A stretch of 64,000 nt of DNA, taken from the NCBI GenBank assembly GCA_002423395.1, contig DIVZ01000005.1:383016-447015 (forward strand), given 5' to 3'. A model generated the notes under the pieces. The model did not search any database and was not told where the DNA came from. It saw only the letters and a list, made by a program, of their open reading frames with translations. Position 1 is the stretch's first letter. Each line of letters starts with the position of its first letter. Of the stretch, positions 63,632 to 64,000 are shown one piece after another. The stretch comes from Eubacteriaceae bacterium UBA6119. GTDB taxonomy: Bacteria; Bacillota; Clostridia; Eubacteriales; UBA1433. A program made the translations under genes and the position numbers.

Positions 63632-64000
63632 ATGAGAGTGCTGCATTTGCCATCCTCAACCGGAGGGAATGCTTGGAATTTATCGCAGGCAGAGCGTAAG
63701 ATAGGTATAGATAGCCGCGTACTTGTTACGGACCAAAATTATTTTGGTTTTAATGCGGACATGCACGCGGATTGGAATAAAAATAAATACACGTATCCTT
63801 TGAAGGCACTGAGGTTTTATCAAAAAGAACTTGATAATTATGATGTATTTCATTTTAATTTCGGACGCACGCTTTTTAATTATCAACATACCCAGTTGGA
63901 TATGCTGGATTTGCATTTACTGAAACGTAAGAAAAAGGCAATCGTATTTACTTATCAGGGAACTGACGCGCGGCTTGCAGGCTACAGTCTGCAAAATTAT
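63632..64000 (+). CDS. 5' part of a further glycosyltransferase-like gene running off the right edge
   Basis: AGGAG lies 8 nt before ATG 63632. MRVLHLPSSTGGNAWNLSQAER... is a typical GT4 N-terminus. The frame is open to the window end and the ORF is not in the track. Confidence 0.6.
   Translation, partial: MRVLHLPSSTGGNAWNLSQAERKIGIDSRVLVTDQNYFGFNADMHADWNKNKYTYPLKALRFYQKELDNYDVFHFNFGRTLFNYQHTQLDMLDLHLLKRKKKAIVFTYQGTDARLAGYSLQNY

Noticed and set aside
1-64000. A scan for tRNA, rRNA, tmRNA, integrase or transposase genes and for long direct repeats marking island boundaries.
   Set aside because: I recognised none by eye. A tRNAscan, Infernal and repeat-finder run would be needed to exclude small RNAs formally.

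Overview
This is a 64-kb chromosomal segment that looks like a low-GC Firmicute, probably Clostridia. That taxon call is inference only, from AT-rich intergenic DNA, GGAGG-type ribosome-binding sites, rho-independent terminators and the protein families present. I found no rRNA, tRNA, CRISPR array, transposase or integrase. Content from left to right: (1) 1-9.9 kb holds an exported copper-amine-oxidase-N/DUF2334 protein, a CoA-disulfide-reductase-rhodanese fusion, a three-domain LigD with no Ku in the window, an ECF sigma/anti-sigma pair and a Kv-type K+ channel. (2) 10-14.8 kb is a reactive-sulfur cluster: an SLC13-like permease, a CstB-like persulfide dioxygenase-rhodanese fusion, a split YeeE/YedE pair and a separate DUF318 permease. 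(3) 15-18.8 kb holds a metallophosphoesterase, then a minus-strand operon of a LarA-family enzyme with a split SAF/UxaA-type dehydratase-lyase. (4) 19-21 kb is an operon of two paralogous Cys mini-proteins, a 7-Cys ferredoxin, CcdA and a TlpA-like thioredoxin. (5) 21.3-28.7 kb is one ~2465-aa secreted LRR / Listeria-Bacteroides-repeat / FN3 protein. (6) 28.8-32 kb holds an esterase and a four-carbon acid-sugar kinase + PdxA2 pair. (7) 32.2-35.7 kb is a second repeat-rich surface protein with a C-terminal membrane anchor. (8) 35.8-45.8 kb is housekeeping or accessory: a 2-hydroxyacid dehydrogenase, a DHH phosphoesterase + dGTPase-like HD protein, nadA, cstA, a Cu/Zn SOD and an NMT1/Ssu-type ABC importer. 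(9) 46-64 kb is a Wzx-dependent polysaccharide locus running off the window. It contains a complete WbpA/B/E/D/I-type UDP-ManNAc3NAcA pathway, a PglF/PglE/PglC-like amino-sugar priming module, a TupA-like ATP-grasp amidoligase and at least five glycosyltransferases. The best candidates for something undescribed are the LarA + SuyAB-like operon, the Cys-mini-protein/ferredoxin/CcdA operon and the predicted charge pattern of the polysaccharide. All functional calls come from reading motifs by eye, with no database search.
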